64,000 nucleotides of DNA from Diplonema japonicum (Eukaryota > Protista > Euglenozoa: Diplonemea), in contig OZ025697.1 of assembly GCA_964019335.1 (NCBI GenBank), positions 62,001-126,000 on the forward strand, given 5' to 3'. This document shows positions 1 through 11,465 of the stretch, piece after piece. The notes beneath the pieces were generated by a model. It saw nothing but the letters and a program-made list of their open reading frames with translations, had not been told where the DNA came from and searched no databases. A program made the translations under genes and the position numbers. Position 1 is the stretch's first letter. Each line of letters starts with the position of its first letter.

Positions 1-436
1 AGCAGTACCGTGCAAGGAAACGGATCTTACGTTTGATGTACGTGACGTGTCGTTGGGAGATGTGCGGTGGGAGTTCGAAATAGGCACGGACCTGGACTGT
101 GTTGTAGTAGGTATATGCTGTCCAGAGGGACTCGTGCTCTGACCTTCTGAGGTATGCGTATAGGTGCAGTTGCCCTAAGCACGATGCTATCTCGCCTATT
201 TCCCATCTTTTGATGTTCTTCACCCTCGCCAGTGCAGCCCGCTCTTGGTACTGCAGCTTCCATAGCTCGTTCAGCATCTCGAATGCTTGTTCCACAAACG
301 GGTCAGCGCTCTGCCCCCTCGTTGCGTACAACGGAATCCCCTCAAGCACCTGCACCGCTCGTTTGCTCTTGCTCATCAAAGATGTGTACTTCTTGAGAAT
401 GATGCCATCCCGCTCCCGCTCGTCGTCACCTCCCAT
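1..436 (-). CDS. SCAI: SCAI-family protein, 5' part (runs off window start; absent from the ORF track)
   Basis: Manual translation from ATG at 436: MGGDDERERDGIILKKYTSLMSKSK...ELWKLQYQERAALARVKNIKRWEIGEIASCLGQLHLYAYLRRSEHESLWTAYTYY...KRKIRFLARY, matching the SCAI N-terminal motif LWKFQ..KRW(Q/E)IGEIASKIGQLY..YLRTSE; frame is open to position 1. Confidence 0.8.
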   Translation of the reverse strand, partial: MGGDDERERDGIILKKYTSLMSKSKRAVQVLEGIPLYATRGQSADPFVEQAFEMLNELWKLQYQERAALARVKNIKRWEIGEIASCLGQLHLYAYLRRSEHESLWTAYTYYNTVQVRAYFELPPHISQRHVTYIKRKIRFLARYC

Positions 437-550
437 CTTCCTCTCCCTCGTCTCCTTTGGTGTGTGTTTAGGGGGAATGGGAGGGGTGTTAATGATAAAC
501 CTAGATATGTAAACATCCTACTTCGAGTGTAACCTTGCCATATCCTGTGT

Positions 551-973
551 TCACATTTTCCTTCCCGTGCCCCAGTCGTGCTGCTTTGGGGTAGCTGTTG
601 TGGATGTTGTGCAGTATAAGGAATGCGATGTTCTGTGTACGTTTGACATCTCTTCGATTGCCCATGCGATGCAGGCGCCGATCCCTCCACAGTTCCACGC
701 GTCGGTGGGGGACATGGCACCGCAGACGAGCTGCTGGGAAACGCCGCATGCGGCACCCGCTACTGCGCCGCCTGCACAGCCTGAGGCGCAGGCCCGAGGT
801 GCGCTCTCCAACACTGCTTTCTCGGTGGTCTCCGCGACCTCTTTATCTATTTTCGAGCATCCTCGTGCTATCCTAACTCCTGCAACGGGTATTAACACCC
901 CCAGTCCTACAACCATGCCACCCCCTGCTGCTCCAAAACACATTCCTGTCACGGCAACTGTTATAAACCCCAT
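551..973 (-). CDS. small Gly/Ala/Cys-rich hydrophobic hypothetical protein (140 aa)
   Basis: ATG-initiated ORF on the common coding strand, coding-like composition, hydrophobic Gly-rich segments; no family recognised. Confidence 0.55.
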   Translation of the reverse strand: MGFITVAVTGMCFGAAGGGMVVGLGVLIPVAGVRIARGCSKIDKEVAETTEKAVLESAPRACASGCAGGAVAGAACGVSQQLVCGAMSPTDAWNCGGIGACIAWAIEEMSNVHRTSHSLYCTTSTTATPKQHDWGTGRKM

Positions 974-1039
974 CCTTGCCGCTGTTGTTGCAGTGTCGTG
1001 GTGTCTGAACTAACAAGAAAAAGGTGGGGAAGGGAGGGA

Positions 1040-1076
<37 letters not shown>

Positions 1077-1151
1077 AAAACTGTTCCTTCAAATAGTGTA
1101 ACGACAAAAAGAAGAGAAGAAGAAGAAAAAAAAAAAGTACCCTTAATGCCA

Positions 1152-4100
1152 TCACGAGCCCATCCCGTTGTGCAGAATCATCGAGAACACGTCGTCCTTG
1201 GACATCCCACCGATGGTCCACTTCCCATTCGAGGCTGCGTAGTGGTGCCTCGATTCGTCAGGCATGACAGAAGGGCGGGCAGGGGCTGAGGCAACGGGGA
1301 CAGAAACAGGAGGAGACGCCGCGACAGGAGGCACAATGGCAGGCATGTTTTCTTTGTTTTTGTGTAATATACCTTTGCAAGAGGTAGACCGCCTACACAC
1401 CGAGATGGAGAATATTTAAAAAAAAAAAAAATCGGAGGTACATTTCTTTTGGGGAGGACTAGAGGGTACAAAAAAAAAAAAAAAAACTATCTAAACCCAA
1501 CGCTTACGTCAGGCGTCGAGCACCTCGGACCCCTTATGGGAGATATGTGTTTGTGCATACTTCGTGAAGGGGGCGGTGTTCCAGTGGATTCGGGGTTCCG
1601 TGATATAATTTGCTTCTCGGCAGGTGTGAGGTACTTCGATATGATGGTTGAGGACCATTCGTTGGCGTTGCTGATGCTACAGATCAGCCTGTGAACAAAA
1701 TCAGTTGTGTACTGGTCGGGCAGGGTGCCTGTGGCCTCCTCGTACGCCTTGTACAGCACAGTGTTGAGGTCCCACAAGGACTTAATGATATCAGTACGCG
1801 TGCCAGTCAGAAAGAGAACTTCATCCGTCAGCCCTTGCACAATGCCTTTCATTGTGGCTGTGTCTTTTTTGAATTCTTCACGCGTGTCTCTGCCATCTTT
1901 CAAACACCCTACCAGTTCCCTCTCTAGCCCTTCATAAGCTTCGCATGCTGATTTTGTTATCGCTCCCAACGCACCTTCCACCTTGAACACGTTCCTTATC
2001 ATTTGCGCTACACTTTCCATTTCCCGTTGCTGTGTCGTGAGCTCCCGCTGCATGTCCTTACAAGCATCGCCTAAATGCAGGTTCCGTGTTCTTATCGCGA
2101 GAACCGCCTTTGCTTCATTTACGTTTTTCCTCAAACTGAAAAGCGACCATAAAGCGAAGCACTGCTTCAGTACAATTGCATCGTTCAGCCTGCACACGGC
2201 CATGGCGTGAACCTTTCTCTGCCTCAAGCGGCATGCGTTGGCCTTGTTCTTGCGGTAGTTTGCGAGCATCATGTACCACCTGCTGTACTGGACTGCTTTA
2301 TTCCTCACGTGCAGGGTGTCCACTGCCTTGCGAATCTTTTTGCGTAGGTCTCTGAACCGCCGTAAGGTACCATACCCCCGTGACAGGAGCCTCGCCATGG
2401 TGACGTTGTGTAGGAATATCGAGCATTTTGTGTTATACAGCCTTTTCTTCAGTCCCATGCCCTGCTGCAGGTTGAGGTTGTCTTCTCTAAGAGCGACCCA
2501 GTCATCTTCTGTCATGCGCTGCTCGTTTTTCATGCTGGTGATGGTGGCTTGTAGTCTATCTCGTTGACCTTCCCAGTTTTGTTGCTCTGCTTGTAACGTG
2601 TGCCGCAAGGCTCTGGTTGTGTTTTGTTCTTCTTCCAGGTTCGCGAGGAGCCCTTCTGTTTCACTCCCCACGTGGTCTTTGTCGCAGAGCAGTTCTTTGA
2701 GCTTTCTTTTCAGTGCCTCGCGTTCTGCGTCCCATTCGTCCTCTTTGGACTTCCCGCTGGCACGCAGTGTCTCGTTGCCTGTCATGTGGCGCTCGAGGTC
2801 TTCCTGGAGTTCCAATAGTTTCTTCTTGTCTGCTTGACTCACCCGCTCCACATGTTGCAACGTGGCGCGCATCGTGTCTACTTCTGCCACGCGCTCAAGC
2901 AGCTGTGCCTCGTACAACGTCTTCTGCTTGCTGAACTGCGCTTGCGCATCAGCGAAAGCTTCCTCTCGCTGCAGCATGGTTGCGTCTGCCTGCAATTTTC
3001 TTTCGTTCAGCTCCTCAACAGTCCTCTTCAGCCTCTTATGTTCGTCGCTTAGTGCTGAAGCTTCTTCACCTGCTTGCTGTTTGCTGCTGTTCAGGAACCT
3101 CATCTGGCTTTTCAGCTCTTCTCGCTCAGCTTCCCAGCATTTTGCAGCCTCTGAATGCAGCTGCTCCATTTTCACAAGCTCAGAACCGCTTTCCATCTTC
3201 ATCTTGCGGAGCAGTTCTTCCCGTTCCTGCCTTGCTGCTGTCATGTCTTGTTGCAGCCTCAGCTTCTCAGAGTGCAGAGATGCAACAGAAGCCAGGTGTT
3301 CCTTCCTTTCTTCGTCCCACTGCTGTTGGTTGCTCTGCAGTCTCTTCTTCAGCATTGCGCATTGGTCTGCCATCGATTCCCGCATGACCTCTGCGTGCTC
3401 GCGCTGCTTCTCAACAACCTTGCTGAAGTCAACCTTAGCATTGGCGGCCCCCTCCTCGTACCCGACGATGGCCTCCCTTGCCACGGCAAGGTCCAGCTTC
3501 AGCTGCTTGATCGTCTGCTCATCTGTCGCCGTTTTCTGTAAATATTTATTTTAGTTAATTAATAAATATGTTTTCACATACCTTTTGTGCTGAGGCAGCT
3601 TGCGCCCTGAGGTCGACCAGTTGTCCATCGAGGTGTTTGATGGATTCTTTCGCAGCCTTCGAGGCTTGCTGCTCGGAGGTGAGCTCCTGCTCACGTGTTA
3701 CGAGCTGATGCCGCGTGGCGGTGAGGTCAGAGGTGAGGTCTCTGTTGTGTTTAGTATAAATGTCGAAAAACATGGCAAAACAAACCCAATGTAGCTGTTT
3801 TTGAGTGCTAGCTGCTGCTGGAGGTCGGAGTGCGTGGCTACCAATTGTGCGTGCTGCTCCCTTAGCAGGTCGTAGGAAAAGAGCTGGTCCTGCAGTGCCT
3901 TTATGCGCAACAGGTTAGCGTCTTCCTTGGGGGTGTCAAGAGTGGGGATAGGAGTAAGCTGCACGAGATGGTCCTCCAGCCTTCGATACTCATCTTGCAC
4001 AGCATTGCGGGAGGCATGTAGCATTGCTATCTCGTATGTGTTGGCCTTTTCTGTTGCTACCGAAGCTTGAAGTTGTAGTTGGACACCGTCTCGTTCTCTG

Positions 4101-4333
4101 TCTCCTCTTGCAACGAGTTCTTTCAAGACCTCCCCTTCTCTCTTGAGGGCGCGGTACCGTCCGTTCATGTCCTCTAGTTCGGCCTCTACTACCGCTTTTT
4201 CTTCTTCTTGTCTTCTCATTACCTTTTTAAGCTCGTCCACGAATGTTTCATGCTGTTCCGTCTGCAGCTTCACCTGCCGCCATGCCTGCGCCACCTCGTT
4301 CTGGGCATCTTTCTGCGCATAGTACGACGACAT
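1152..4333 (-). CDS. large coiled-coil protein, probably cytoskeletal; spliced
   Basis: ORFs 3698..4333, 3555..3773 and 1487..3484 join in frame via GT-AG introns 3742..3785 and 3536..3581. Tentative introns 1459..1507 and 1393..1441 would add ORF 1152..1400 as C-terminus; otherwise the stop is at 1487. E/Q/K/R heptad-rich. Confidence 0.7.
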
Positions 4334-4887
4334 CCTTGTGATGACTTATGGTTCTTTTTTGCTTTTGCAGTTTTTTTTCAATGTTTCAGAATAAACAGTC
4401 TAATGGTGGTGTGGGATGAACCAAAAAAAAAAAAAAAAAAAAAAGATGAGAAAGGAGGTTCCCAGTTTCTTATGGTCCTTCTTGGTTTTCTCTGATGCAA
4501 AAAACTGGCCTTCTGTTCCATCCGTGGAAGGAAAAAAAAAAAGAAGGAGGAGGGAAGGGTGTTTAAATAACAAGCAGCACACCGCCTACCTAACAGCAAG
4601 CCTTCACAAGGGGAAGGGTGGTCGGGGGGTCGGTGGGGCTTAATTTAATTTTTTGTTTTGTCATTGGGGGTTTTCTTTTTTTAAAAATTAAAAGCTTTCC
4701 CTCCTGCTCCCTCTGAAAATTTGTTCATCCAAAAAAAAAAAAACACATCATTTGTAATCACCTCTTTTTTTTTCGTTTATGTAATTATTTTTTTAAAAAA
4801 AAACTTTTTGTGTTTCCTTTTTTTCTTTTTTTTTTTTTAAAAGCTAGGGGCATGTTTATTTTCTTTTTTGTTTTACTTCTGTCCTTT

Positions 4888-5401
4888 CTAGTTCTCACCG
4901 CTCTTGATTTCCTCAGCCTCTGCAAGGAGCTGCTTTGCCTCTTCCTGCATCTCGGCCACGTCCTCAAGGAGAGTCTCTTGCTCCTGTGTGAAAAAGTGAT
5001 GTTATCACGAAGAAAAGATGTACTCCATACCATGAACATTTCGATATCCTCAGCAGCGCGCTTAAGCCTCGAGAGAGCATCAGGCACCATGACCTTGCTC
5101 TCGCTGACAACTTGCTTCTGTTTTTTTTTTTTTCTTCTTTTTTTTTCTCTTTCTTTTTTCTTCTTCTCCCCGTACCTGCTGCCTCAGCCTGAATTGGTCG
5201 GGCTCAGCTTCCGCTTCCATTTTCGCGAGCCTCGCTTCCTCTACGCCGACTTCCTTGCGTGCAAAGATCACATCCTTCTTGATCCTGTGTTGGTTTTTTT
5301 TTCCCTCCTTCTTTTCATAAAAAAAAAAAAAAACAAACAAACCTCTTCAAAGCGCTGACCTTAATCCTAAACTGCTTGGCAACGTCAACAGCGGTTGTCA
5401 T
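4888..5401 (-). CDS. TBCA: tubulin-specific chaperone A (tubulin folding cofactor A)
   Basis: Removing introns 5285..5342, 5118..5175 and 4984..5030 gives MTTAVDVAKQFRIKVSALKRIKKDVIFARKE...FRLRQQKQVVSESKVMVPDALSRLKRAAEDIE..., the TBCA pattern (xIKxxxxKRxxKE...KQ.E.L.ES..M.PD...RL). Confidence 0.88.
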
Positions 5402-5465
5402 TTTTTTTTCTTCTTTTTTTGCTCTCTTTTCCTTGTCGGTTTTCTTATTCTTTCAAATCCCATCT

Positions 5466-5503
<38 letters not shown>

Positions 5504-5538
5504 ACTTGAAAGCACCCTTTTTTTTGAAAACAGGTTTT

Positions 5539-6846
5539 TCACGCAGGCATGGGGTACAGCAGCCTCCCAGCTGGCAACTCTATCTCAAGTATCTGAGGTG
5601 GTTTCTTCTCGGTGTCGTCCCTGCTTACACGCAGCCGGAGCATGACAGATGTCAGCTCCCAAGGCATCGGAGCACGTGTTCTGGGACAGGTCCCGAAAGG
5701 CAACTTCCGTTTGCTATAAGGCACCGTGAGGTAAGTAGCATGGATAGTGGCCCAATCGCGTGTACCCTCGGTGGAGGTTAAAAGTGCAGGCCGGGGATTG
5801 AAACCAAGACAGACTCGGTCGCGCGGTATCTTCAGCTCGTGTGAAAACTGCATCCCCGGAGTGACATTCGGGGGTATGGGAATGACCAGTGCACCAAGCC
5901 CCACAGGATGCTCCTTGAGCAGGACCCTCTCAGGGGGGATCACCTCCGGCGCGATAAAATCCAATATTTGCACGTCAAACTCCTCGTCTTCAGCAGTGAG
6001 CTCGATGTCTTGGTAGTCACACTCCACCATCTCATCACCGTCTTCTTCCTCATCCATTTCGGGCTGCATCATCATGTCAGGTTCGTCGAAGTCTAGCCCG
6101 CCATCCACGAGAAGGTCGTCGCTTGTGAATATCTCGCCTGTGTCGTCTCTTGGTCGTTTCTTGCTTAAACGTTCGGTTCTTTCAAAGTAAGCTGCTCTGA
6201 CAAGGCCCGCACCCGCTTGCAGCAACGGGAAGGCTTCCTCGACCTCATCAGACGGGACCACATCTGCTATGATCTTCACGAAGTAAGCGTGGCATTGGCA
6301 ATATCTTATAAACGCTGTTAGGTCGGCTGCGTCAATGATGGCAGCCCATCTTTCGTGCATGGAGCATCGGAGTTGGACTGTGGTGTGGCCTGAGAGGAGC
6401 CCCTCGCCGCGGAGGGACGGCAGGTAAAACCTTTCATCGTCATGTCTGAGGTTTGCAGTGTCGTGAGGGATCTTGATCTGCAAGGCTTGTTCTGATGGGA
6501 GAAGCGTCTTGTCTTTCCATGTTTTGAGCTCCACATAAAGCTGGACTTCACTTTTCGTTTTCTCTTGCTCCCTTGCCGCGACGCCGCTTCTCGGGCCGTC
6601 GAGCTTTTTTCTGTATTTGTACGACATTAGTCGTAACCCTGCTACCCACTCCCTTAAGAGTTCCTCTTGCATTACTACACCCGCCTCGCCTGTAAGCCCT
6701 CTTGTTTCCCTTAACCTTGGAAGCGCCAACCCAACCCTGCCTACTACATCTGCATCGAAGGCGTCCAGCATGGCGCCTCCCTTGCCTTCGATCATTTCCA
6801 GAAGCTCGTACGCCGTCTGGATGTTCTCTTCTTCGATTTGTTCCAT
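5539..6846 (-). CDS. hypothetical protein (435 aa) with central acidic region
   Basis: Long uninterrupted ORF with coding composition; no family recognised. Confidence 0.75.
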   Translation of the reverse strand: MEQIEEENIQTAYELLEMIEGKGGAMLDAFDADVVGRVGLALPRLRETRGLTGEAGVVMQEELLREWVAGLRLMSYKYRKKLDGPRSGVAAREQEKTKSEVQLYVELKTWKDKTLLPSEQALQIKIPHDTANLRHDDERFYLPSLRGEGLLSGHTTVQLRCSMHERWAAIIDAADLTAFIRYCQCHAYFVKIIADVVPSDEVEEAFPLLQAGAGLVRAAYFERTERLSKKRPRDDTGEIFTSDDLLVDGGLDFDEPDMMMQPEMDEEEDGDEMVECDYQDIELTAEDEEFDVQILDFIAPEVIPPERVLLKEHPVGLGALVIPIPPNVTPGMQFSHELKIPRDRVCLGFNPRPALLTSTEGTRDWATIHATYLTVPYSKRKLPFGTCPRTRAPMPWELTSVMLRLRVSRDDTEKKPPQILEIELPAGRLLYPMPA

Positions 6847-6985
6847 TTTTCTTTTTCCTTCGCCTGTAAGGCTATAAGGTTAATTTGGTTGTAAGAAAGA
6901 ACGGGGGGGGGGGGGGGGGGAAGAATTAGAAACATATCTATTAAACCTTTCTTCCCCTTTAAAAAAAAAAGACAAGACAAGGGCG

Positions 6986-8023
6986 CTACGCATTGCACGT
7001 GTCATCCGCCTCGTCACAGGTCTCATCGTGTTCGACGGCCGGTTCGCCGTTATCTTGCTTCTTGTGTTGTTTTTTAGCGTATGCAACAAGCTTTCTCCGT
7101 GTAAAGAGAGGTATCTCCTGCGGTAGGTCGCTTTCGTTCTCAAGGTACCTTTTTTTTTTTTTTTTTTTTTTCTCCCCATTAGCATACTGGAAGTCATTAA
7201 TGGAGACGAAACCCTGCTTCATGAGCACGGCTTCCCAACTTTGCACCCCGATGGATGATAGAACAGCGGTGAGGGTCTGCGGGTCATCCTTACCCTCCTC
7301 TGGGGGCGCTTGCTGTATTTCCTCCTCCCTCACTTTTTCTTTTTTTTCGATTTTTTCAGGTGCCTTTGCCTTCTTTATAGGTTCGTGTGGGGCTGTATCC
7401 GACCGGGAGAGAACGTCAATTTCAAATTTCAAGATTGCCCAGGGACGGATTCCCCATGATCGCTTTCCCCTTTCGCCATAGGCGAGATCAGGGGGGATGG
7501 TGAGAACGGCTTTGCTGCCCACGGTCAGGCCGATGGTCCCGGAGTCGAGGCCTGGGATGATTTTCCCTGTGTCTGGTTGACCCGTTTGGAAGGTGAAGGA
7601 TTTCGCTCGGTCAAGGTATGTGTTCCAGAATAAAGTCCCATCTTCCCGGTAGCCCCCTATGCGTAGGCTGGTCCAGTCGCCAGCTGCGACAGCCTTGCCG
7701 TCGCCGTGCTTCAAGATTTCTGTTTGCACCTCACCGAATTTTATGCTGGCTTCTGCGGCTTTGCGGAGCCTTTCATTCACATAAATTTCTCCGTAGTGCC
7801 CGAAGAGCTTCGTCTGGTAGGCCACCATCCCTGCGAACAGAAGCAATAATGGCCAGTATGTCAGCAGCCAGTTTTTCACCCCCTTCGAGAAGGAGGGAAG
7901 GCGAGAAGGCGCGGGAAGGTGTTCCTCATCCTTGCTTCTTGTGTGCGTTCCGCTTGCTTCATCACTTTGCTTCGTTTCGTCCTCGCAAAAGCTCACTTTC
8001 TTCACCTGTTGCCCTTGGGCCAT
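6986..8023 (-). CDS. membrane-anchored FKBP-type peptidyl-prolyl isomerase with C-terminal SAM-like helical domain
   Basis: Start MAQGQQ at 8023; TM segment YWPLLLLFAGMVAY; FKBP motifs GKIIPGLDSG..GSKAVLTIPPDLAYGERG..LKFEIDVL; 39-nt intron 7149..7187 removes a spurious poly-Lys. Confidence 0.85.
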   Translation of the reverse strand: MAQGQQVKKVSFCEDETKQSDEASGTHTRSKDEEHLPAPSRLPSFSKGVKNWLLTYWPLLLLFAGMVAYQTKLFGHYGEIYVNERLRKAAEASIKFGEVQTEILKHGDGKAVAAGDWTSLRIGGYREDGTLFWNTYLDRAKSFTFQTGQPDTGKIIPGLDSGTIGLTVGSKAVLTIPPDLAYGERGKRSWGIRPWAILKFEIDVLSRSDTAPHEPIKKAKAPEKIEKKEKVREEEIQQAPPEEGKDDPQTLTAVLSSIGVQSWEAVLMKQGFVSINDFQYANGEKKKKKKKRYLENESDLPQEIPLFTRRKLVAYAKKQHKKQDNGEPAVEHDETCDEADDTCNA

Positions 8024-8805
8024 TTTTTCTTTTTTTTTTTTTTTTTGTGTTTCTATTTTTTTTTTTTTTTTAGTCGGTATTTCCAGCGAAAGTGAATCCG
8101 AGGGAAGGGGAACGGGGGGGGGAAGGTTAGGGTAGTCTGATACCAGTAAAAATTGTAAAAAAAAAAAAAAAAGAAAAGAAAGAAAGAACAACGGCCTATG
8201 TTCACTATCTGTTGGCGGGGTACTAAAAAAAAAAAAAGTGGCAGATTCTTGGGATTCTTTTTTTTATCCCGCCAACACTTAGTCGCCGTCTTCGGAAAGA
8301 AGGGGAAGAAAGGGGGAAAAAAAGAAAAGAAATATGGCATAAAAGAGAGCAGAGGGAAACGAGGGTTACCCTTTTTTTTTTTTCCCCTTTCAAGTAAAAA
8401 AAAAGAAATTATTGGGTATAAAAAAATCAGAAGAAAAAGAACAAAAAAAGGGGGGGGTGTGGAAATCCTCCGGCTGAATGCGGGCACCGTCCTTGTGTCA
8501 CAGGGGGCCTCCTTATGCTACCTCTTTATGGCTTCCCCCACCCTATTTCTTCTTCCCCCTTCCTTCTCATCCCCTTCTTATTTTTTTTTTCCTGCCCCTT
8601 TCCCTTTTTTTTCTTTTATACCATCACCGTATTGAAACAAAAGGGAGGGGGAAGTAGACATCCCCCCCTTTTTTTCTTTATTTCTTCGCTTTTAAAAACG
8701 GAAGAAAAAAAAATATTAAAGCGATAACCAAAAGTCCTCTCTGTTGTTCTTTTTCTTTTTTTTTTTTCTTTTTTTTTATCTGTCTTCCTTCTCCCTCCCC
8801 CAATA

Positions 8806-9426
8806 TTAACGGTAGAAAGAGTTTTCCGTAATATGATGAAGGACCCTCTTGTGCAGACCGAGGTCAATGAGGGTGGACAGGGGCGCCCCTCTACGGAGCG
8901 CTTCTCGTATTAGTGTAGAAGAGATGTTGGCGGTGGTGCCTATTTCGACAGCGTTAGGAGTAGGGATGTAAGGGTAAGGTGGTCGTGTGGCCACATAAAG
9001 CGTTTGACCGAAAAAATACTCAAGGTTTGCAGAGGGCGGGAAAGAAGCAAGTGCATCCGTCCCACAGAGTTCGCCCACATCAGCGGCACCGTAAAGGCCT
9101 TTAACCATCTCGAGCAAGCGTTGTAAGCTCCACGGCTCGCCTGCCCGAGGCATGTACTCACTGCAGTCACCCATGAAGACGTTCATGCCCTCCTCGTTGA
9201 CCACCCTCTTGCAGCACAGCTCCATCCTCTCTCTCTGACCTAATACCGCTTCCTTCCGCCCGCAGCCTTGCTTTGGTATAAGCAACACTTCGTCTGCTCC
9301 GCTAGCCAAGCACTTCCTTGCCGCGTCGACGTGCCCTTCGTGCACCGGGTCAAAGGTCCCGACGTACGCCACCACCCGCATCCCACTTCTCTTCACAGGC
9401 TTCAGAAGACATTCGATGGGCACCAT
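8806..9426 (-). CDS. HxGH nucleotidyltransferase (NadD/NMNAT-like adenylyltransferase)
   Basis: GTFDPVHEGH motif, ERMELC, GTD and ISSTLIRE motifs typical of nicotinate/nicotinamide mononucleotide adenylyltransferases. Confidence 0.8.
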   Translation of the reverse strand: MVPIECLLKPVKRSGMRVVAYVGTFDPVHEGHVDAARKCLASGADEVLLIPKQGCGRKEAVLGQRERMELCCKRVVNEEGMNVFMGDCSEYMPRAGEPWSLQRLLEMVKGLYGAADVGELCGTDALASFPPSANLEYFFGQTLYVATRPPYPYIPTPNAVEIGTTANISSTLIREALRRGAPLSTLIDLGLHKRVLHHITENSFYR

Positions 9427-9528
9427 TCCTCTTCTATGACGTTGGGGTTATGGAGGAAAGAATATACAAAAAGAAATATAAAAGGGGAATAAGGGATTAA
9501 GTGTAAATCTTAAAAAAACATAACTTCT

Positions 9529-11354
9529 TTATCTCTCACACAGCTCGAGCTCGATTCTTGCTGTTACGTTCCCAGGAGGCCTGTGGCACCAGATGTATGA
9601 CGACGCACGCGATGCGCCCCGCTTTGCGAAGGGTGGTTTGTAACAAGGCTTGGAGACACCGTCGTGGCATGTTGCCGCGCAGCACAGTTCAAAAGGCGAC
9701 CGGGTCTTCTTCCTATGGTAGAAGACGGACAAGGGGCGTGGGGAGTGCGGGTTCCATCGGTATTTTCGAAGGTCGGTGAGGGCAGTCGCGAGGTCAGGGT
9801 GGAAGTACCCCAGGAGTTTCGGCCACACAGACTGGTCTGTCCACCTGTACCGGAACCAGGAGTACCCGTACTTCGTGTTGTTTCTCAAATAGTCCACCAG
9901 TTCTGTGTACTCACTGCTGTACAGCAGCCCTGTCCACACCCCGAACAGCGCAGAGTGCCAGCTCAATGCTTCGTTCTCATATAACCAATCCCCGGCGCTG
10001 CTTGCCCGCAGGCCTTTCTCCATCGCGTATGTGTCCACGGCCCTCTGGCTGTCCTTGCTGCACCCATTCCCGTTGTTCGCAAACCCAGTATGGAACCCCC
10101 AGCTGTTCTCCATCACTATCCTACTCAGGATGTCTTCTTCCAGTGTTTTGAAGAACCTAATGTCCCAGTCGATCTTGATCAAGAAATCGTATTCCTTCAG
10201 CCTTTGGTCCTGTTTTTTTTCTCTTTTTTTTTTCTTTCTTTTGTTAATCTTCTGCTCGATACCTGTAACAGCTCCTGCACAAAGACGCTCGTTCCCTGCA
10301 CGTACCGCAGGCCGTTTATCATGAAGCCGTCCGGAGACCTCTCCGTGACACCCGTGCACAAGGGAGTGCAACCACACCGTGGCCGCACCCCAGCTAGAAT
10401 AGTACTGTTCAACTGCTTCGGGAAGGCCTCGACAATGCTGGACAGGTAGATAGGGGGGCTCACCACGCCCCGCACAGTGGCGGTGAAGCTTGTGCTATTG
10501 GGGGTCTGGACCAATCGGAAGAGCTTGATGACGTCGCTGTGCTCGATGCGCGTGCTCTCCGTAATGATGAACAATGTGATGTTGCGCGGCTTGAGGAAGA
10601 ATGGCACCCATGTTTTGAAGGTCTCGGCTGTGCCTTCCAGCACTCTCCGTGAGTTGATATAAGCAAGCCCAGCAGCAGACACAGGCCCACCCCGCGCGGG
10701 GTACGGCTTATGAGGCGTGAAGGTAGTTGTCGGGACACCCTCTAAATGCTTTGCTTTGTACGACATTCTTGCGATGCAGACGTTCGTAGCGTTCGTCAAG
10801 GCGGAGGGCGACATGATCAGCTTGTGTGTGGGGGGCACGCATATGAGGTTTTTAGGTGACCTGGACTTTCCGCAGCATTTGCACCATTGGTAACCTATCT
10901 GCCCGAAGTTGCACCTTTCCCGTTCGATGATGGACTCCCGCTTGAGGCCCACTAGGGACTTGCACACCTTGGGGTTGTCGGTGCTTTCGAATACTACCTC
11001 GCGCTCGACGCGTCCCCTGAATGCCACCACAGTGCTGTGCACCCACAGGGCATCTCTTCCTACGTCCTCGTTGCTGGGTGCGATCTGCGCGTAAAGACAC
11101 CCATGTGATGGGTTTGCATCGAAGTACTGCTCCACCATCGTCGCGTTTGTGAAGTGCACTACAGGGAGCCCTTCCACTTCCCATGCCCGACCCCCTGCCG
11201 CGCGTCCTGCCCTGCACGACACGTACACTAGGAAGTCTTCTTTTATATGCGGCCTCAGGTCAATAGGGTCCTCTTCTGGGACTTGCCCGAACCCAGTCAT
11301 GGCGGTCAGCGCTTCACACCCACATAGCGTCACCAGCGCCACGCACAGCCGCAT
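9529..11354 (-). CDS. secretory-pathway glycosyltransferase-like protein (GT15/KRE2-like, tentative)
   Basis: N-terminal signal; ORFs 10197..11354 and 9529..10377 join via intron 10210..10262; motifs LKEYDFLIKIDWDIRFF and FRYRWTDQ resemble GT15-type YDYxxRxD/E and RWxD. Confidence 0.55.
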
Positions 11355-11362
11355 GTTCCTTG

Positions 11363-11395
11363 TTTAGGGTTGGGGTTGGGGTTGGGGTTGGGGTT
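11363..11395 (+). repeat. telomere-like G-rich repeat TTTAGGG(TTGGGG)4
   Basis: Read directly at 11363-11393, just upstream of the ATG at 11354. Confidence 0.85.
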
Positions 11396-11465
11396 TAAAG
11401 GAAAGTATGATGTTCTTTGTTAACATTTCTTTAATAGGTCTACAATATCGATAATTCTAAGGTGT

